A stretch of DNA of 64,000 nucleotides from Thermoproteota archaeon (lineage in GTDB: Archaea > Thermoproteota > EX4484-205 > JAAOZP01): NCBI GenBank assembly GCA_049700215.1, contig JBNAVT010000005.1, forward strand, positions 1 through 64,000. The letters are read 5' to 3'. The translations under genes and the position numbers were made by a program. Below are positions 29,367 to 39,119 of the stretch, one piece after another (position 1 is the stretch's first letter; each line of letters begins with the position of its first letter). The notes under the pieces were generated by a model, which searched no databases, was not told the DNA's origin, and saw only the letters and a list, made by a program, of their open reading frames with translations.

Positions 29367-30131
29367 ATGAGCAGCTTTAAGGAGAGAATGGGAAGCGGGG
29401 AGGTTTTGATAGGCGCTATGATAGAGACTCCGGAGCCGGATGTTGCGGAGCTCATGGGCACCCTGGGGTTCGACTGGTTCTGGATAGACATGGAGCATTG
29501 CCCGCTTGATTTCAAGGATGTTCAAACGATTCTTCAAGCCATTGGAAGGTCTGAGGCAGCAACCCTGGTCAGGGTTCCTTGGAACGATCCTGTTTATATA
29601 AAGAGGGCTCTCGACCTAGGGCCTACGGGTGTTATTGTTCCTTGGGTCAACAGTAGGGATGAGGCTGTGAAGGCAGTTATGGCCTGCAAGTATCCTCCGG
29701 AGGGGATTAGGGGCTGTGGCCCAAGGAGGCCGGTTTGGTACAAGGGTTTCACCGAGTATGTTAGGGGGGCTAATGAAAGCATGGTAGTGGTTGTTCAAAT
29801 AGAAACTGGCGACGCTTTGAGAAACCTGGGTGAAATACTTTCTGTTCCAGGTGTGGACGGCACGATGGTGGGCCCTGCAGACTTGTCTGCTTCCCTGGGC
29901 TACTTGGGCTACCCTGATGAGCCTAGGGTTGTCGAGGCGATAACGCATGTAGCTAATATGCATAAGGGGACGAAAGTGTGCCCGGGAATAGCCTCCAACC
30001 CCAAGGATGCTGAGAAACACATAGGACTGGGGTTCAGACTGTTGAACATTGGCAGTGACCTAGGCTTTATGAGGATGGCTGCCGCAGCGACCCTTAAGGA
30101 ATTGAGAAAATGCTTACGGAGGGGTTGCTGA
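29367..30131 (+). CDS. HpcH/HpaI class II pyruvate aldolase
   Basis: FDWFWIDMEH, YPPEGIRG, VQIET and VGPADLS motifs. Confidence 0.92.
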   Translation: MSSFKERMGSGEVLIGAMIETPEPDVAELMGTLGFDWFWIDMEHCPLDFKDVQTILQAIGRSEAATLVRVPWNDPVYIKRALDLGPTGVIVPWVNSRDEAVKAVMACKYPPEGIRGCGPRRPVWYKGFTEYVRGANESMVVVVQIETGDALRNLGEILSVPGVDGTMVGPADLSASLGYLGYPDEPRVVEAITHVANMHKGTKVCPGIASNPKDAEKHIGLGFRLLNIGSDLGFMRMAAAATLKELRKCLRRGC

Positions 30132-30175
30132 AATATTTTCGAGGGTTTGAAAATGCTGGGGCCCGACGGTCAGCG

Positions 30176-33100
30176 TCACGCTACTGTGAAGCTGTAGCAT
30201 CCTGATAGGACTCTATACACGACGCAACCCTTTTTCATACCGATTAGCTCCACGCCCTCGGATTTTTCAACCGGCTTCCCGTTTTCCCTCACCCTACCCG
30301 GCTCGGTTGCTGGAACATATACCAGTGCTGAAGTGTTAGCCGGGAGGATGAGCTGCAGGTGGAAAGCCTCGCTGGAGAACCACCATTCCACTGAAATCGT
30401 TCCACGAATCGACTCGTAGCTCGCGTGAACATGCCCTAGTTCCCTCCAAGGGTTGGGCTTGATAATGATGCGTTTAAAGCCAGCGTCTTCAGCATCTATT
30501 CCCGCGACGGTTGAGAAAAGCCATTCGCCCACGCTTCCGAAAGCGTAATGGTTGAAAGAGTTCATGCCTGGTTCGTGAATCCCCTCTTCAGTCATACTGT
30601 TCCACCGTTCCCAAATGGTTGTAGCTCCGAGTTTAACCGGGTAGAGCCATGATGGATAGGTTTCCTGCAGGAGAAGCCTGTAAGCCACATCAGTCCTGCC
30701 ATACTTGGTTAGCGCCCGCATGAGGTGCAGCGTCCCTACGAATCCTGTGGTGAGATGCCATCCGTGGTCCTCAACATCCTTAACCAAGTGTTCTAACGCT
30801 GTTCTCTCCATCTCCTCAGGGAGCAGTTTCGAATCAAGTGCCAGAGCGTAACACGTCTGCGTCTCGCCTTTTATCCGTCCATCTGGTTGAACATACTCTT
30901 TAAGGAATGCTGAGCGAACATTTTCGAATAGTTCTTCAAAGCGTTCCGCGTCACCAGTTTCCCCTATTTCCCTGGCCATTACAGCCATAAGCTTGGCAAC
31001 GTATGCGAAATAGGCTGTTGCAAGCACGTCCCTCGGTGTTTCAGAGCCTGCTGGAACCCAGTCGCCATACCCTGTTTCCGGCCGGAGGAACCCTCTGCTG
31101 TTTTCCACAAGATAATTGATGTAGCGCCTCATTTTCTCGTAGTGAAGCCGGATCACGCGCGTATCTCCGCATGTCCGCCAAAGCACGTAGGGTATGATGA
31201 TTCCAGCGTCCCCCCAGCATGGTGTTCCAAACCCTGCTCCGGTCGCGGGTGCGACGTCAGGGTAGGCTCCGTCTTCTCTCTGGCTATCGTTCAAGTCGAT
31301 CAACCATTTAGTCATGAAGGCTGAGATGTCGGCGAAGTAGGCTGCGGTTCTCGCAAAGATCTGTGCATCCCCAGTCCAGCCCTGCCGCTCGTCGCGCTGA
31401 GGGCAATCCGTCGGCACCTCGAAATAGTTGCCGCGCAGGCTCCAAAGAATGTTTTCCACAAGCCTGTTTAAAAGCGGGTTTGAGCATCTGAAGCTTCCGG
31501 TTATCGGAATATCCGTGTGAATAACGATGCCTGTCACAGCATCCATAGGCGGCTTACCAGGGTAGCCTGAGACCTCGACATACCTGAAGCCATGATATGT
31601 GAAACGAGGCTCGAAAAACTCCTCGCTACCGCCTTTGCAAAAATAGGTGTCTGTGGCCCTGGCCCCCCTAAGGTTTGCAGTGTGTATAGTACCGTCAGGA
31701 TTAAGGACTTCGGCGAAACGCAGCTTGATCCTCGTGCCTGGTTCCGCGTTTCTAACCCGTAGCCTAACGACGCCAACCATGTTCCGGCCGAAATCGAATA
31801 TGAAAACACCCGGGCTGATCTCTCTCGCCGACTGGGCTGGCAGCTCCATCGTTTTCCTAACGGGTTCACCCGGATGGGCTGTCAGCTGCAGGCTTAAATA
31901 ATCCGTAGAAACGTTCCCCCAAGCATCGTCTTTAAACCAGGGCTCATCCCATCCATGGATCTCGCGTCTAGCATCATAGGTTTCACCCATGTAGTTGTCG
32001 GCTTCCAGAATCGGCCCGTATGCTGACTTCCAACTCTCATCGCTGACGACAAGCTGGCGCTCGCCATCGTCATACTCTATCTCCAGCTGCACGAGGAGGC
32101 GTGGGCCGCGTCCAAACTTGTTCAGCCTACCCCATCCTCCTTGATACCCGGAGTACCATTCGCTGTGTAGAATCACTCCTATCGCGTTTTCTCCCTGGTT
32201 AAGAAGACCCGTAGCCTCATAGGTGCGGTAGTACGCGCGCCTCCAGTAATCAGACCATCCTGGTATGAAATAATCCTCGGTGACGCGCTTACCGTTTAAG
32301 CGAAGCTCGCAGCTTCCTAAAGCGCTAACGTAGATTAGGGCCCGCCTAGGCTTTTTCTTGACTGTGAAACTTTTCCTAAAGAATGGTGGCGGCCGAACAT
32401 ACGGGGGCTTCGTTGGTAAAACTCCCCACGGGGCGATTCTGAAGTCGCCAAGCTCAAGCGCACCAATCCATCCGGCATCATCGTAGCCAGGCTTCTCCCA
32501 CCCTTCTTCAGCATGCATGGAGGATCTCCAGGTTCCGTCAGTAACTAGAATCAGTGGCTCACTATTTTCAAGTTCAACCACCATTTTTCCAAGCAAGCCT
32601 GCATGGCCGCTGGTGTTAGTAGCCTTAATCGCTAAAACATTCAGGCCAGCATGCAGCAGGTCCGTGATTTCAACCGTCTGCGGACGCTGCCAAGCATAAG
32701 GCTTACCGTCGCTCCTGCCGGCTTCCCTACCGTTTACGAAAAGCACAAACTGGTCGTCAGCAGTAATCAGAATTACTCCCTTAAGTATTTTCCTGTCTGC
32801 CGGCAGGCTTATTGCCCGACGGAAATAACGGTCTGCTGCAGGAGCCTCTTTAACGGGTTCCCCCTCTTTAAACCATATCCACTTGCATCCTTTGAAACTA
32901 GGCTCCTCCCATTCAGCATATTCATCATACCCTATCCACTTCGCCTTCCAATCATCCGGCTCGAGCAGGCCCATTGTCCAGTAGGCGGGCTCGCTCCACT
33001 CAGAGGGTCTTCCCTGCTTATCCCAGACCCGTACTTTCCACCAGCACTCCATCCTGGATGAAAGTGTTTTCCCAGCGTATGTGATTTGGCTCGTCTCCTC

Positions 33101-33370
33101 AGACTGGACTTTCCCACTGTCCCATAGGTCGCCAATATCTTTCTCCAAGTTTGCCCTAGTGCTTGAAACAATGATCTGAAAGGCTGTCTGAAACTGTCCT
33201 CTTTCGGATGACTCAACGATCCAGCTTAACCTTGGTTTTAAAACATCTACTCCAAGAGGGTTAACCCTGTACTCGCAACGCAGTTTTCCAGCCTTTAAAG
33301 CGGGTTTCTCACCTTCGTAACCAGGCTTAGGCAAGCCGGTTGTTGTCGAATCCCCTCCAGCCGACTCCAA
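30176..33370 (-). CDS. GH78 alpha-L-rhamnosidase
   Basis: PRLSW, FTYHGFRY, PTDCPQRDERQGWTGDA, GATTIWERW and MNSFNHY motifs. Confidence 0.95.
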   Translation of the reverse strand: MESAGGDSTTTGLPKPGYEGEKPALKAGKLRCEYRVNPLGVDVLKPRLSWIVESSERGQFQTAFQIIVSSTRANLEKDIGDLWDSGKVQSEETSQITYAGKTLSSRMECWWKVRVWDKQGRPSEWSEPAYWTMGLLEPDDWKAKWIGYDEYAEWEEPSFKGCKWIWFKEGEPVKEAPAADRYFRRAISLPADRKILKGVILITADDQFVLFVNGREAGRSDGKPYAWQRPQTVEITDLLHAGLNVLAIKATNTSGHAGLLGKMVVELENSEPLILVTDGTWRSSMHAEEGWEKPGYDDAGWIGALELGDFRIAPWGVLPTKPPYVRPPPFFRKSFTVKKKPRRALIYVSALGSCELRLNGKRVTEDYFIPGWSDYWRRAYYRTYEATGLLNQGENAIGVILHSEWYSGYQGGWGRLNKFGRGPRLLVQLEIEYDDGERQLVVSDESWKSAYGPILEADNYMGETYDARREIHGWDEPWFKDDAWGNVSTDYLSLQLTAHPGEPVRKTMELPAQSAREISPGVFIFDFGRNMVGVVRLRVRNAEPGTRIKLRFAEVLNPDGTIHTANLRGARATDTYFCKGGSEEFFEPRFTYHGFRYVEVSGYPGKPPMDAVTGIVIHTDIPITGSFRCSNPLLNRLVENILWSLRGNYFEVPTDCPQRDERQGWTGDAQIFARTAAYFADISAFMTKWLIDLNDSQREDGAYPDVAPATGAGFGTPCWGDAGIIIPYVLWRTCGDTRVIRLHYEKMRRYINYLVENSRGFLRPETGYGDWVPAGSETPRDVLATAYFAYVAKLMAVMAREIGETGDAERFEELFENVRSAFLKEYVQPDGRIKGETQTCYALALDSKLLPEEMERTALEHLVKDVEDHGWHLTTGFVGTLHLMRALTKYGRTDVAYRLLLQETYPSWLYPVKLGATTIWERWNSMTEEGIHEPGMNSFNHYAFGSVGEWLFSTVAGIDAEDAGFKRIIIKPNPWRELGHVHASYESIRGTISVEWWFSSEAFHLQLILPANTSALVYVPATEPGRVRENGKPVEKSEGVELIGMKKGCVVYRVLSGCYSFTVA

Positions 33371-33470
33371 TTCCCCCTTAACTCCCCAAGCGTTTACTTT
33401 AAGCTTTTACAGTTTCAGGGGAAGTTTAATAATAAGATGGCGGTCTCATTACTGATTACTTTAAGGCTTC

Positions 33471-34505
33471 TCATACTTTACAATACTCCCGGCATTTTTC
33501 CATTAATGACATCACTTTTCTAACGCTTTCAGGCGTAACGCTCAAGGGGGCTCCCTCGCGCAGAGTCTTATAGAGCTCCTCGTAAAACAAGATTTCGCCG
33601 CGCTTAACATTCTCGTCTAGAACCCACTCCTCCTCCTTCCAAGGGATCTCCTCCCAATTGTAGCTGCGGTCTGGAGTCGGCCTTGTTTCAACCTGTCTAG
33701 GAGGAAGATCCTTAGGGTCGAAATACTTCCACCTTATCGAGTTCCCGCCTCCAGCAAGGCCTCCCTGAGTCCCCATTATCAGCCAATAATTCTGAGGGTA
33801 GGCGCATGCGCGAGTAACCTCTATGTCAACCTTCGTCGAGCCCGGCTCCCCAAGAATTATCTTAACATGGTCCTCCGCATCACCAAGAGTCAGGGTTCTC
33901 TGCAGGTCGCAGAACAGTAGTTCAAGCCTCTCTCCAACGAGTTGAACAGCCTGGTCTATAAGGTGAGAAGCATTATTGTTAAGTTCCCCTCCTCCAAACT
34001 TTTTCAACGTCTGCCAATCCCAGCGTCTACCGAACGAATGCAGACATATTTTTACAAGGACTATGCGCCCCAGCTTTCCGGATCTAACTATCTCCTTAAC
34101 CTTTAAGAAGTCTGGACTGTACCTCTTGTTTTGGAAAACAGTCAGTATCCTTCCGGACTCTTTTGCAGTCTTTATCATCTCTTCTGCTTCAGCCAGGCTT
34201 GTAGCCATAGGCTTCTCGCACACGACGTTTTTCCCGGATTTCAACGCTTCTATAGTTTGAGGAGCATGAAGGTGGCTCGGCGTAGCTACGACTACTAGTT
34301 CAACCTCTTCGTCTCTTATGAGCGAGTTGAAATCGGGGTATGCTCTGCAACCGAACCTGTTCACAGCCTCTTTTCTTCTCTCCTCAAGCGGGTCGAAGAC
34401 CGCAACCACGTTATACATGCTGGAGCATTTTTCAAGGGCGTTGGCATGAATATCCCACCCGCTTCTCCCAAGTCCAGAGATCCCAACGTTCACCCGGCTG
34501 CTCAT
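33471..34505 (-). CDS. Gfo/Idh/MocA NAD(P)-dependent oxidoreductase
   Basis: GLGRSG, CEKP and GGGELNNNASHLID motifs. Confidence 0.92.
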   Translation of the reverse strand: MSSRVNVGISGLGRSGWDIHANALEKCSSMYNVVAVFDPLEERRKEAVNRFGCRAYPDFNSLIRDEEVELVVVATPSHLHAPQTIEALKSGKNVVCEKPMATSLAEAEEMIKTAKESGRILTVFQNKRYSPDFLKVKEIVRSGKLGRIVLVKICLHSFGRRWDWQTLKKFGGGELNNNASHLIDQAVQLVGERLELLFCDLQRTLTLGDAEDHVKIILGEPGSTKVDIEVTRACAYPQNYWLIMGTQGGLAGGGNSIRWKYFDPKDLPPRQVETRPTPDRSYNWEEIPWKEEEWVLDENVKRGEILFYEELYKTLREGAPLSVTPESVRKVMSLMEKCREYCKV

Positions 34506-34527
34506 TTAAGACTCCCTCCGCAACGGC

Positions 34528-35286
34528 TCAGAACAGCCTTAAAAGGTATCTTGCAAACTCGCGGACCCCCGTTTTAGGATCCTCCTTCTCCTCGTACTCG
34601 ATCGAGATAAAACCGTTGTAATCCTTATCCTCCAGAATCCTCTTAACCTTCTCATAGTCCACCCTAATGTTTTCAGAGACACTTACCTTGCCATGAATAT
34701 GCACGGCGTATGGGACTGTCTTAGCAATGTCTTTGTACGTAGACTCCCTATAGTTGCCGAGGTCTAGGTTAACCCTTAGCCATGGGGAACCCACACTCTC
34801 AACAATCCTAACCACGCTGTCCGCCCTAGCAGTTATGCCTCCGTGATTCTCCAAGGCTATTACAACACCGTTTTCATCAGCGTATTTTACGCATCTCCTC
34901 AAAGCTTCTATCGTCCACAGTATTGCCTGTTCCTCAGAATACCCCTCGGGCACGTAGCCGCCGAAAACCCGTAGAGCGGGAGCACCCAGCTCACGGGCAA
35001 TACTCACTCCTTCCTCCACAGCCTTTATCATCCTCTCCCTTTCCATAGGATCCGGGTTACAGAAGTTCGTCGAGATTCCGGCGCAGGAGATTGGTAGCCC
35101 CCGTGAAAGTGCAATCCTTTTCAAATTCCTGAAGTATTGCGGTTCCCTTGAGGGAAGCCAGTAGAGGGTCATCTCCACCCCGTCCAGCCCAATGCTATGA
35201 GCCTCCTCAATGAAATCCTCATAGCTCATTCTCCCATCCTTAAGATAATCCCTGTAAGAGTAAGCCGCGCAACCGATCTTTATCAT
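34528..35286 (-). CDS. Sugar phosphate isomerase/epimerase (xylose isomerase-like TIM barrel)
   Basis: ENHG, DLGN, HIHGK and SIEYE metal ligands. Confidence 0.9.
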   Translation of the reverse strand: MIKIGCAAYSYRDYLKDGRMSYEDFIEEAHSIGLDGVEMTLYWLPSREPQYFRNLKRIALSRGLPISCAGISTNFCNPDPMERERMIKAVEEGVSIARELGAPALRVFGGYVPEGYSEEQAILWTIEALRRCVKYADENGVVIALENHGGITARADSVVRIVESVGSPWLRVNLDLGNYRESTYKDIAKTVPYAVHIHGKVSVSENIRVDYEKVKRILEDKDYNGFISIEYEEKEDPKTGVREFARYLLRLF

Positions 35287-35556
35287 TTCTCTCCGTGAGG
35301 CTGAAAAAGGCTATTTATGTTTTTTACTCTCCACGTCGTCTAGCACTGTAATGCCAGCCTTAGCACGTAGCGCGCGCGCTTATTTTCCTCCAAAAGGGCA
35401 AATTCCTCCGGTTCCTCCTCTGTTTTCAGCTCCTCCATGCCTTGCGGGATTGCAAGGGGTGCCTACCGCGCGCTTGGGATCATCATAATTGGGAAGGGTT
35501 ACTGATGTGCCAACGAACATGTACTCCAAATCCCAGCGGGGTAGCGTGCACTACTT

Positions 35557-36309
35557 TCAGTCGAAACCGATTCTTCTCAAGTAACTCCTGCTCTCCAACA
35601 TGCTTTTAAAAGGGCTCCCCGGGGTCCAGTCTTGTTCAACGACAACCCACTTTACTCCAAGCCGCGTTGCGAAGCCAAGTATGGCTGGAAAATCTATGGA
35701 GCCCCATCCAAGCTCGGAGAACCTTCTGTTTTTCATATCCTCCTCAGTCCCGTCTTTCAGATGCAAGTACGCGATCCTCTCCTTATTAGCTTTGATGAAC
35801 TGAAGCGGGTCTGCCCCGCCGAATTTAACCCAGTAAGTGTCAACGCATAGTCCAACTAACTCAGGCTCAGTGTTCTGAATGATTATTTTTATTCCCCTCT
35901 GATTATCAGCTATTTCATGCCCATGATTATGGTAGCAGGTTTTAACCCCGTGTTCCCTGGAGATTTTCCCAGCCTTGTTTAAAAACTCTGCGCAATTAAA
36001 ATAGTCTTCCTCTAAGCCTTTTCCACCGGGACCGCTAAAAGTCAAATATTCTCCTTCAAGCATTTCTAAAAGCCTCGCCGCCTGTTCAACCTGCTCAATG
36101 TTTCCAACTCCCATGTGTAACGCGGCAAGCCTTAAACCGTTTTCCAGTAGAAGCCTCCTTTTCTCCATAGTGTCTGTAGAAAATATTTCGGGAGAGGCTT
36201 CTATGCCCTCATACCCGGCTTCCCTCACCTCGTCCAAAACTTCTTTAAGGTTTTCCCGCGGCTTTGTCCCCCAGATGATCAGTTGAGCACCAACCTTCAA
36301 CCTGCCCAT
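35557..36309 (-). CDS. Sugar phosphate isomerase/epimerase, IolE-like TIM barrel
   Basis: YHNH, DTYW, HLKD, ELGWG and VEQD motifs. Confidence 0.9.
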   Translation of the reverse strand: MGRLKVGAQLIIWGTKPRENLKEVLDEVREAGYEGIEASPEIFSTDTMEKRRLLLENGLRLAALHMGVGNIEQVEQAARLLEMLEGEYLTFSGPGGKGLEEDYFNCAEFLNKAGKISREHGVKTCYHNHGHEIADNQRGIKIIIQNTEPELVGLCVDTYWVKFGGADPLQFIKANKERIAYLHLKDGTEEDMKNRRFSELGWGSIDFPAILGFATRLGVKWVVVEQDWTPGSPFKSMLESRSYLRRIGFD

Positions 36310-36390
36310 GCTTTTTCGCCTAAGCTTAACGATATAAATCTTTCCAGGATTTTCATGAGAAAGCTTAAATAGTTTTCAAAAGGCTTTCCG

Positions 36391-37530
36391 TTGACTTTGA
36401 GCATTGATGTGGCAAAATGGATTAAGAAGGTGAGCTCACATTTAGATCTTGAGAAGATCGATGAGGCGAGAAGCAGGATTGCTGCTGCATGGAATTTTAA
36501 ACAAGTGGAAACGCCTCCTTTAATCATTAACTGTCCCCCTCCGGATCCTTGGCCCTCCTTCAAATATTATGAAACATACCGTGATGTGGATAAGATGCTT
36601 GTGTCTCAACTAGCCTCAGTATACTCTCACGCCCTCCTTCAGGATGACGGCATGCCATGTGTAAGGGCTAATTTCGGCGTAGGAATTATTCCGAACGGAT
36701 TTGGAAGCGAGGTTATCGTACAGCATGATTCTGACCAGATGCCGTGGGTTAAGGAGCCGGTTTTAAAGGAGGATCCTCCAGACCTGGGAGAGTTGAAGGA
36801 TCCTTTGTCTCGTCAAAGCTTGATGACCCGCGTCATTGAAACTGAAGAGTATTTTGTTAAAATGCTCGACGGAACCGGGGTGAAAGTATATCTATGCGAC
36901 ACCCAGGGGCCTTTAGACGTCGCCTATCTCCTCAGGGGGCCAAAGCTCCTAAGCGATTTCTACCGTCACCCGGACTTTGCAAAGGAGCTCCTTAAAAGGG
37001 TTGCTGAAGTATACGTGGATTTCTCGGTTGAGCAGAAGAAAATAGTGGGGGAGCCTCTTGACCAGGGTTTCCATGGGACGCCTAACGTGTGGATGGATAA
37101 AGGCGGTGTTAGACTATGCGAAGACGTGGCTGTCATGATGAACCCGGCTCAATACAGAAAGTTCTGCATCCCGGTTAACGATTTTTCACTGAGACCGTTT
37201 AATGGAGGCATGGGTCACTTTTGCTGCAGCGAGGCTTCAGACGGCAGACAGGTTCTTGAACCGATATTGTCAAGCGGAGCCTTTAAAGCGTTCTTTTTCG
37301 GAAGCCCAACCAAGTTCTACAGCCTAAGAGAAACCGTCGAATTGTTTCAAAGGAAACGCGTATGCCTAGTGTGGACTGACGGCCCCCAGGGGGGTGAGAA
37401 ACCCGAGTCCTGGGTTAAGAGGGTGTCGAATTCCCTTGAAGATAAAACGGGGATCATATTCTCTATAAGCGTAGAAAGCTTTAACACTGCACGCGAGGTT
37501 CTTAAAGAATGGAAAAGAGCATTCGGATAG
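36391..37530 (+). CDS. Divergent URO-D-like protein
   Basis: NFGVG, DTQGPLDVAYLLRG, CEDVAVMMNP and GHFCC motifs. Confidence 0.7.
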   Translation: MTLSIDVAKWIKKVSSHLDLEKIDEARSRIAAAWNFKQVETPPLIINCPPPDPWPSFKYYETYRDVDKMLVSQLASVYSHALLQDDGMPCVRANFGVGIIPNGFGSEVIVQHDSDQMPWVKEPVLKEDPPDLGELKDPLSRQSLMTRVIETEEYFVKMLDGTGVKVYLCDTQGPLDVAYLLRGPKLLSDFYRHPDFAKELLKRVAEVYVDFSVEQKKIVGEPLDQGFHGTPNVWMDKGGVRLCEDVAVMMNPAQYRKFCIPVNDFSLRPFNGGMGHFCCSEASDGRQVLEPILSSGAFKAFFFGSPTKFYSLRETVELFQRKRVCLVWTDGPQGGEKPESWVKRVSNSLEDKTGIIFSISVESFNTAREVLKEWKRAFG

Positions 37531-37576
37531 TTAAAGTCGTTGGAAAACAGAGTTTAACGTTTTACCATCAGTTTTC

Positions 37577-37912
37577 TCAAGTATTTCCCTCCAAACCAGT
37601 TTGTTGAGGAGGTAGCCCTATGCGTATCGGCCTGCCTTCGCTGAGGGCTTGAGCAGTCTTTCTCCTAGCGCTCTGCAAAAGCCTCCATACGGTTCCTCTT
37701 GAGACCCCCATCCTCTCCCCCGCTTCCTCCTGAGAAAGCCCCTCTAGGTCAACGAGCCTCACAGCCTCCAGTTCATCAGGCTCAAGGTAAACAGGATCCG
37801 GTTTCCCCTGTGTTCCAACGGGGTCTAGCCCGGTAATCGGCGGAATAGCCCCCAGCCATACTGGTTTAGGCATTCTTCCTCTTCGACCATGCCTGTGTCT
37901 TCTCCTATACAT
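37577..37912 (-). CDS. DUF134 HTH DNA-binding protein
   Basis: ELEAVRLVDLEGLSQEEAGERMGVSRGTVWR and an Arg/His-rich N-terminus. Confidence 0.9.
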   Translation of the reverse strand: MYRRRHRHGRRGRMPKPVWLGAIPPITGLDPVGTQGKPDPVYLEPDELEAVRLVDLEGLSQEEAGERMGVSRGTVWRLLQSARRKTAQALSEGRPIRIGLPPQQTGLEGNT

Positions 37913-38012
37913 TGCTCATCGGCTTCCGGGCCGCAATATTTATATATTTGTGCACAGTCTCGTTATTCATGAAAAATGTGCATAATCACAAAAATGGAGG
38001 TGGGTTTGGAAA

Positions 38013-38270
38013 ATGAGGTATAGGCACAGGAATCTTTTCTACCTAACCGGTCTCCCGGGGTGCGTCAGGCTCGGCTTCTCCCCAGGATGGTTTGGACCAG
38101 CTTCTGGAGGCACGCCGCCTGCACCGGTTCCACCTAGAATGCCCTTCCCGCCGGCTTATAGCAGGGAGCAGGAGCGAATGGTTCTTGAGCAGCAGATTAA
38201 GATCTTGGAGTCTCAGCTGGAAGCCGTTAGAAAACGGCTTGAGGAATTAAGCGGTAAAGGAAGTCAGTGA
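38013..38270 (+). CDS. DUF5320-family small protein
   Basis: RNLFYLTGLPG, a Pro-rich middle and a C-terminal coiled coil (EQERMVLEQQ...KRLEEL). SD ggaggtg. Confidence 0.8.
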   Translation: MRYRHRNLFYLTGLPGCVRLGFSPGWFGPASGGTPPAPVPPRMPFPPAYSREQERMVLEQQIKILESQLEAVRKRLEELSGKGSQ

Positions 38271-38287
38271 GCAGGGGGTGATGATTT

Positions 38288-38536
38288 ATGCCAAGCGGGT
38301 TCTGCTGGCTCTGGTGGCTGGCACCGCCCTACTGGCATCCTTATGCTCGGTGCTTCTTGAGGCCATACCCATGGTTTCCACGGGCTCCGTGGAGAGCATG
38401 GATGCACGGGCCGCTGCTGTTTACTTCACCCTCAGCGACTAGGGAGCAGGAGAGGCTTTTTCTTGAAGAACAGAGAAGACTTATCCAGGAGGAGCTCGAT
38501 TACGTAAACAAGAGGCTTGAGGAGTTAAGGAAGTAA
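38288..38536 (+). CDS. DUF5320-like small protein, second copy
   Basis: Trp/Pro-rich N-terminus with EQERLFLEEQ...KRLEEL. SD ggggtga. Confidence 0.7.
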   Translation: MPSGFCWLWWLAPPYWHPYARCFLRPYPWFPRAPWRAWMHGPLLFTSPSATREQERLFLEEQRRLIQEELDYVNKRLEELRK

Positions 38537-38691
38537 TTGTCTAGGATAAGGGTTCCTTGAAAAAGGAGTAGAGGTGGTTCAAGACTGAGGTCTATAAAGA
38601 GTCCGGCAGGAGGGTTGGTGAAAACCCTAGGGGATGGTTGATTAACAGCAAGACGTATATAGATGCAAGTATCCAGGCATGGTGATTCGGA

Positions 38692-39063
38692 ATGAGGATC
38701 GTAATACCTGTGGAGGAGGATCGTGACTTGGATTCACGCTTATCCGAACACTTCGGCAGAGCACCCTTCTTCCTAGTCCTTGAGATGGATGACGAGGGGA
38801 GAGTTTTAAAACAGGAGACTTTGCGTAACGAGAGTCAACACTTCGGGGGGATGGGTCGGCCTGCAGACCTTGTACTGCGGCTTAAGCCGGATGCAGTCAT
38901 TGTATACGGGATGGGGCCTAGGGCGCTCGACATATTTCAACAGGCTGGGACAGCTGTCTTGAAAGCTAATTCAAACATTGTCAGAAACTTGGTTTCATCC
39001 TATGCTAAAGATGAGCTTGAAGAGTTGACTGAAGGCTGTCGTCAAGCCCGTCATAAACATTAA
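38692..39063 (+). CDS. NifB/NifX (dinitrogenase Fe-Mo cofactor-binding) family protein
   Basis: SEHFGRAPFF, GMGPRA and a C-terminal C...H tail. Confidence 0.9.
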   Translation: MRIVIPVEEDRDLDSRLSEHFGRAPFFLVLEMDDEGRVLKQETLRNESQHFGGMGRPADLVLRLKPDAVIVYGMGPRALDIFQQAGTAVLKANSNIVRNLVSSYAKDELEELTEGCRQARHKH

Positions 39064-39119
39064 TCCGCGAGTCTTCTGCTAAGTTTATAAGTTGAAGCCG
39101 TAGGCTATGTTAAGCAGCA

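Noticed and set aside
38692-39063. NifX-like gene as evidence of nitrogen fixation
   Set aside because: No nifHDK genes are in the window, and this family is common in non-diazotrophs.
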